Of a DNA stretch of 64,000 bases, positions 59,843 through 64,000 are shown in pieces (the first letter of the stretch is position 1; the number at the start of each line of letters is the position of its first letter). The DNA comes from Lysobacter daejeonensis GH1-9. Lineage in GTDB: Bacteria > Pseudomonadota > Gammaproteobacteria > Xanthomonadales > Xanthomonadaceae. Position numbers and translations under genes: made by a program. Location: NCBI RefSeq assembly GCF_000768355.1, contig NZ_AVPU01000017.1:3080-67079 (forward strand), given 5' to 3'. Under the pieces are notes generated by a model. That model searched no databases. It saw only the letters and a program-made list of their open reading frames with translations, and was not told the DNA's origin.

Positions 59843-60549
59843 TGGACTTCTCCGCCCTCGACCAGGCGCTGCGCGAGTTCGCCCTCGACGGTGCACTCGA
59901 CAACGACGAGCGCTTCGAGCTGCGCAACCTTGGCGGACAGTCCACCGCCGAACAGGTCCGGTTCATGCGTAACCGGGCCTTCGCCATCACGCGGGAAGCG
60001 ATCACAGCCGAGCCGGCTGCGGCACTGGGCATGCTGCGCTGGTTGGAGCAGGTCGTGAAGACCCTGGACGCAACCTCCGCCGGTGCGGTGGCGGCATCGA
60101 CCGCGTGCTTTTCCCCGGGCGACGCCTGCCTGCGGAAACTGCGCGAACTGTGCCGGCAGGCCAAAGCCAGCATCGACGTGTGCGTGTTCACCATCGCCGA
60201 CGATCGGCTGACCGAAGCGCTGCTGGGCGCCCACGCGCGCGGAGTGCGCGTGCGCATCATCAGCGACAACGACAAGCGCTTCGACGACGGCTCGGACATC
60301 GCCCGACTTGCTGCCGCCGGCATCCCGCTGCGCCTGGATCGGTCGATTTGCCACATGCACCACAAGTTCGCGGTGTTTGAAGGCGGCACCATCGCCAACG
60401 GCAGTTTCAACTGGACCCGCACGGCTAGCACCAGCAACTTCGAGAACCTTGTTGTCAGCGCCGACCCCTACCTGGTCGGCGTTTTCACCGCGCAGTTCGA
60501 GCGGTTGTGGAATGAGTTCGAGGCCGTGCCAAGCGCAGCTGTCACGTAG
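59842..60549 (+). CDS. phospholipase D-like (single HKD) nuclease-family protein with an N-terminal TerB-like motif
   Basis: Single HKD motif HMHHKFAVFEGGTIANGSFNWTRTAS, as in the Nuc/BfiI-type PLD nucleases. N-terminus ALDGALDNDERFELRNL. TGATG-coupled to telA. Confidence 0.75.
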   Translation: MDFSALDQALREFALDGALDNDERFELRNLGGQSTAEQVRFMRNRAFAITREAITAEPAAALGMLRWLEQVVKTLDATSAGAVAASTACFSPGDACLRKLRELCRQAKASIDVCVFTIADDRLTEALLGAHARGVRVRIISDNDKRFDDGSDIARLAAAGIPLRLDRSICHMHHKFAVFEGGTIANGSFNWTRTASTSNFENLVVSADPYLVGVFTAQFERLWNEFEAVPSAAVT

Positions 60550-60843
60550 ATTCGTGATCAGACAACCATAGGCCGAACCGGGAGCCAAGCATAGTTGCTA
60601 CGCCGAACGCTCAGAAATGGCAGGACATTGATTGGGTGAACAGCCATAACGAGCGCAAAGTGTTTCAAATCAAGGGCATAAACCCCGAATCTCCCGTCGC
60701 CAAACAATCAAAGTGGGTGTCACTGAGTCCACGAGGCGAAGTACCAGCACGAGCACCACATGCGACTTGTCTAGGCGTAGAGTCATTCGTGCACCGTTCG
60801 CACGGTCCTGAATGCAGCCTAGAGATAAACAGGAGACGCCGAC

Positions 60844-61086
60844 GTGAGGCATGCGAAGCCCCTGGGTTCAGATCTAGCCGACGCAAAGAGGATGCTCCGG
60901 GACGCCATCGCCGCGCAGGGAGGACCTTCAGTCGATTACGACGTCGACGCGTGGGTTGAAGAGTGGATCTTGCGGCCGCAGCCGGCATTGGGAGGCGTCT
61001 GTCCCTCAACTCTTCTGCAGACAGAGGAAGGGTTGGACCGCGTTCGTCGCCTACTCGGTGCAATTATTAGCGGCGCGTTTCAATAG
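60844..61086 (+). CDS. DUF2384 (Xre/MbcA/ParS-type) antitoxin-like protein, orphan
   Basis: AWVEEWILRPQPALGGVCPSTLLQTEEGLDRVRRLLGAIISG matches the DUF2384 toxin-binding domain (W...PnpaLGG.rPldLL.T..G...V..LL.ri..G). AGGAG RBS before GTG 60844, with an in-frame stop immediately upstream. No RES toxin gene downstream. Confidence 0.6.
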   Translation: MRHAKPLGSDLADAKRMLRDAIAAQGGPSVDYDVDAWVEEWILRPQPALGGVCPSTLLQTEEGLDRVRRLLGAIISGAFQ

Positions 61087-61293
61087 TATTTCGTTCTGCA
61101 TGAAGCCTAGGGCAGGTCCTAGAATGATCGCGCTGAACGGTGCATGGGAAAGGGCCATTTAGTGTGCGGCCAAAGTGGACGGCGGGCCCTGCCTGGCCTG
61201 CTCACGAACTTAAACACCTTGGCTGGTACTCATAACCGTACCGTCGGGAAGTGGGGATTGGTAATCTGATCCCGTAAAAGCTTGGGAGGCGAA

Positions 61294-61482
61294 ATGGCTG
61301 AGAAGCACACGAACAACTTAGATGGATCAGTCTCGTCGGGCACGTCAGTTGACCCCCCGCAGGTCGGGTTGACGGAGGAGATACCAGAGTTCACTCCAGA
61401 ACAGTGGGCATGGATCAAGGCTGAGTCGGCTCGTTACGAGCGAGGCTACAAGCCAACATCTACTTTGATCGAAGGGCTTTAG
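61294..61482 (+). CDS. small hypothetical protein (62 aa)
   Basis: GGGAGG RBS before the ATG; low GC; no family recognised. Confidence 0.3.
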   Translation: MAEKHTNNLDGSVSSGTSVDPPQVGLTEEIPEFTPEQWAWIKAESARYERGYKPTSTLIEGL

Positions 61483-61809
61483 GAACCTACCTCTTCTAGC
61501 GAGCACGCTCCTCCTGACTCAAAGCGTTCAGTGCCGGCCAAGCCGCGAGCTTAGCGGATCGCGCACGAGCGCAGAGCAGTGCGGCACGGCTTGGTCGAGC
61601 GCGTCGTAAAGCGCGCCGGCACGTCGTCCCCGCACGATCGATCTCTGAGCTTCGTAAGCGGGCCTGAGCTCAAGGCGACAGCACCTCGTATCAACCGGTG
61701 GGGCGCGGAAAGGATTGGTCCAACAAACTTGCAGTTCAGTACTGTGATCCGGTCGAGAAGGTACGAGTGATCATGCCTCGATGTGAAGTACTGAATCGAC
61801 CTTTGTTCC

Positions 61810-61950
61810 TTAGGTTGCCAAACGCCAACCAACTGGACACCCAACGCCAACTGATTTGGACACTGCCGCCAAGTAGACTGGTCACCTCCGCCAAAGGAAC
61901 TGGACAGCGGCACCAAATGAGCTGGACACCGCCGCCAGCCCCTCACCGGT
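61810..61950. repeat. IS21-family subterminal multiple repeats
   Basis: Five or more copies of a (A/T)CTGGACA(C/G)-like motif (caactggacacc, gatttggacact, gtagactggtcacc, ggaactggacagc, gagctggacacc) directly downstream of istB, typical of the multiple IstA binding sites at IS21-family ends. Confidence 0.6.
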
Positions 61951-61957
61951 TCAATAT

Positions 61958-62713
61958 TCACTCCGTATCGAGAGAGGACTGAGCGCTGCTCTTCCGCTTA
62001 CGCATCGATTCGCCCTTGAGTGCGAGCTTGTGGCTGCTGTGGATCAGGCGGTCGAGGATGGCATCGGCCAAGGCCGGATCGTTGATGAAGGAATGCCAGT
62101 CCTTGATCGGCATCTGGCCGGCGACGATGGTGGCACCGCTGCCCACGCGATCGTCCAGCACTTCCAGCAGATCGGCCCGTCCACGATTACCGAGTTGGGT
62201 CAGGCCGAAGTCATCCAGGATCAGCAGCTCAACCTTGGCCAGTTGATTTCGCAGCTTCGCCAGCGAACCGTCGGCATGGGCAACATCCAGCTCCTCCAGC
62301 ATGCGCCCGACCCGCTTGTACGCAACGGTATGCCCCTTGCGCGCGGCCTGGACACCGAGGGCACATGCCAGCCAGGTCTTGCCCGTACCAGTCAGGCCAG
62401 TGAGCAGCACATTTTGCCGTCGTTCGACCCAACCGCAGGTCAACAGATCGGCCATCACCGCGCGGTCCAGCCCACGACCTGGGCGATAGTCGATGGCTTC
62501 GGGTTCGGCGTTGACCTTCAGCCGGGCGTTCTTCAGCAGGCGTTTGAGACGCTGGGTGTCGCGATGGCTGTTCTCGGCGTCCACGAGGTGGCCGAGCCGC
62601 TGCTCGAAGGCCAGCCCGCTGTAGGTAGGCTGGCTGAGCTGGTGTTCCAGCCCTTCCAGCATGCCGGTCAGGCGCAAATCGCGCAGCTGATCCATGGTGT
62701 TCTGCAGGGTCAT
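61958..62713 (-). CDS. istB: IS21-family helper ATPase IstB
   Basis: Walker A LLTGLTGTGKTWLA and Walker B LLILDDFG, DnaC-like; 251 aa. Confidence 0.9.
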   Translation of the reverse strand: MTLQNTMDQLRDLRLTGMLEGLEHQLSQPTYSGLAFEQRLGHLVDAENSHRDTQRLKRLLKNARLKVNAEPEAIDYRPGRGLDRAVMADLLTCGWVERRQNVLLTGLTGTGKTWLACALGVQAARKGHTVAYKRVGRMLEELDVAHADGSLAKLRNQLAKVELLILDDFGLTQLGNRGRADLLEVLDDRVGSGATIVAGQMPIKDWHSFINDPALADAILDRLIHSSHKLALKGESMRKRKSSAQSSLDTE

Positions 62714-62731
62714 GATCGTTCTCCTTCGGAA

Positions 62732-63268
62732 TCAGATGTAGTAGTGGGCGCCGCGCACGTTCTCGTGCGCAGGCAAGGGGTCATCGTTTGCGGCTTCGGG
62801 CGATACGGTTGGGGCGGTGTCCAGACCGCGTTTAAGGATCGACCGCACTGAGCTGACGCTGGCGGCGTGGGCGCGCAGTGCGCGCTCACACGCCGCCTGC
62901 AGGCGTTCCGGGCCGTACTCGCGCCCGAGCCGCTGCAGGCCCCGGCAGGCCTGCAGCGACAGGGCCGGACGCCGGTGCCGGTCGATGTGGTGCTGCACGA
63001 ATCGGTGGATCGCGCCACCCTGCTGGTCCGCCCACGCGACTAGCGTGGCCGACGTGTCCTGCGAATAGGCTTGGTGGGCGGCAGGCTGGTGTTCGCGGAG
63101 AGTGCTGCACCCCGGCTCGCCCACGCGCGGGTGCGTGGCGACCCGGCGATCCCGGTGGAAGACCATCACCGTGTCCCGGGTCGCCTTGATGTTCACCTTG
63201 GCACCGACCAGCGTGTACGGCACCGAGTAGTACCGCGGCCCCCACGGCACGTGGTAATCCTGCCCCAC
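62732..63268 (-). pseudogene. istA: IS21-family transposase IstA, C-terminal fragment (N-terminal part interrupted by IS3-family insertion)
   Basis: The ...YYSVPYTLVGAKVNIKATRDTVMVFHRDRRVATHPR...LVAWADQQG...RLQAACERAL pattern matches the IstA C-terminal region. The HTH and DDE catalytic regions are absent, and the reading frame runs into the IS3 end. Confidence 0.75.
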
Positions 63269-63326
63269 GGGGGTTCACCCCCGTTTTCACGGACACTTAC
63301 GATAAGGCCGATCGAGGCCATGAGGA

Positions 63327-63620
63327 GTGTTCATGTCGAAGCGAAGGAAGTTCAGTGCCGAGTTCAAGCGTGGTGCGGTTGAGCAGGCCAGCCAGCCGGG
63401 TGTGAGCTGCGCGCAGGTGGCCCGAGAACTGGGAATCCGGGACACCCTGCTGACCCGCTGGAAGCGGGAGGCCCAGGGTCAGGGCGTGGCTGCCTTCGGG
63501 GGTGCCGGGACGCCTCGGGACGAGGAACTGGCCCGGCTGAAGCGCGAGCTGGCCCGGGTGAAGAAGGAACGCGATTTTTTGCGAGAAGCGGCGACGTTCT
63601 TTGCCAAGGGATCATCCTGA
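63327..63620 (+). CDS. IS3-family transposase OrfA (HTH)
   Basis: [18 protein letters not shown]...VARELGI...LLTRWKRE plus a leucine-zipper-like C-terminus ([18 protein letters not shown]). Confidence 0.9.
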   Translation: MFMSKRRKFSAEFKRGAVEQASQPGVSCAQVARELGIRDTLLTRWKREAQGQGVAAFGGAGTPRDEELARLKRELARVKKERDFLREAATFFAKGSS

Positions 63621-63628
63621 GGTATCAG

Positions 63629-64000
63629 GTGATCGAACGTTGCCGCGATGAGTTTCCGGTTCGACTGATGTGCCGTTGCCTGCGGGTGTCGGCCAGCGGG
63701 TATTACGACTGGAGCAAGCGCTTGCCCAGCGCCCGACAGCTCGACAATCAACGCTTGCGGGGCCGGATCCGCGAACTGCACGAGGACAGTCGGGGCACGC
63801 TGGGCGCGGGTCGCATGCACGAAGACCTTGTCGATCAAGGCGAGACAGTCAGCCTGAACCGGGTGGCACGCCTGATGGCGGCCGATGGCTTGCAGGGCTG
63901 GCCGCGACCGAAGAGGCGTGGCAAACGCGGCCAGCCGGCGCTGACGCCGCCGGGCGTACGCAACCTGCTGGAGCGGGACTTCACCGCCTTGGAGCCGGAG
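63629..64000 (+). CDS. IS3-family transposase OrfB (integrase core), N-terminal part; truncated by window end
   Basis: -1 frame relative to orfA; [31 protein letters not shown]... is the typical start of the IS3 OrfB region. Runs to coordinate 64000 without a stop. Confidence 0.85.
   Translation, partial: MIERCRDEFPVRLMCRCLRVSASGYYDWSKRLPSARQLDNQRLRGRIRELHEDSRGTLGAGRMHEDLVDQGETVSLNRVARLMAADGLQGWPRPKRRGKRGQPALTPPGVRNLLERDFTALEPE

Larger units (their letters stand above)
61800..63268 (-). mobile_element. IS21-family insertion sequence, 5' part deleted or disrupted by an IS3-family insertion
   Basis: istA C-terminal fragment and intact istB in the canonical order, followed by terminal repeats. 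The end coordinates are approximate. Confidence 0.7.
63269..64000 (+). mobile_element. IS3-family insertion sequence (left end and orfA/orfB; continues beyond window)
   Basis: orfA (HTH transposase) followed by a -1-frame orfB (integrase core), with a TTTTTTG heptamer at ~63584-63590 in the overlap. The left boundary is approximate. Confidence 0.75.

Noticed and set aside
61086-61290. Search for a RES-domain toxin partner downstream of the DUF2384 gene
   Set aside because: No ORF of adequate length and no RES-like motifs (R..E..S triad context) in any frame. Reported as an orphan antitoxin instead.
61810-61950. Possible CRISPR-like short repeats
   Set aside because: The repeats are irregularly spaced, partly inverted, only ~8-12 nt long, and lie directly after istB. 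They are IS21 terminal transposase-binding repeats, not a CRISPR array.
61551-61982. ORFs 61551-61961 (-) and 61698-61982 (+)
   Set aside because: They lie within the IS21 terminal repeat region, have no RBS, and their translations are repeat-derived.

Overview
High-GC (~68-72%) proteobacterial chromosome segment. Gene content (gltB, glnA-glnK-amtB, indolepyruvate:ferredoxin oxidoreductase, YeiH/LysR) suggests a Xanthomonadaceae-like host. Most of the window is ordinary core genome: MFS transporter, two L,D-transpeptidase homologs, EF-hand protein plus Ca2+ antiporter, beta-lactamase-family hydrolase, REC-EAL plus hybrid sensor kinase, gamma-glutamyltransferase, lipid-remodelling genes, UppP, LysR/YeiH, and the nitrogen-assimilation cluster with an NtrC/sigma-54 promoter. 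Three regions look accessory. (1) A ~2 kb low-GC (~50%) islet at 11.7-13.7 kb carries a solitary KAP-family P-loop NTPase. (2) A barnase/barstar-like secreted RNase and immunity pair lies at 2.1-3.0 kb. (3) The most interesting region is a tightly, translationally coupled nine-gene operon at 48.2-60.5 kb with somewhat lower GC. It combines membrane-remodelling proteins (PspA/IM30, YqiJ/NfeD-like, flotillin/SPFH), TerB-like motifs, a 1772-aa protein with a single MoxR-class AAA+ module, two TelA-like proteins and a single-HKD phospholipase-D-family nuclease. I read this as a candidate membrane-anchored stress or anti-invader system and, to my knowledge, an uncharacterised combination of these families. 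The operon is followed by an orphan DUF2384 antitoxin-like gene, an IS21-family element with multiple terminal repeats, and an IS3-family element that disrupts the IS21 istA gene. That arrangement is consistent with a genomic-island boundary. No tRNA, rRNA or CRISPR array was found. Many long ORFs in the six-frame track are GC-driven antisense artefacts and were rejected.
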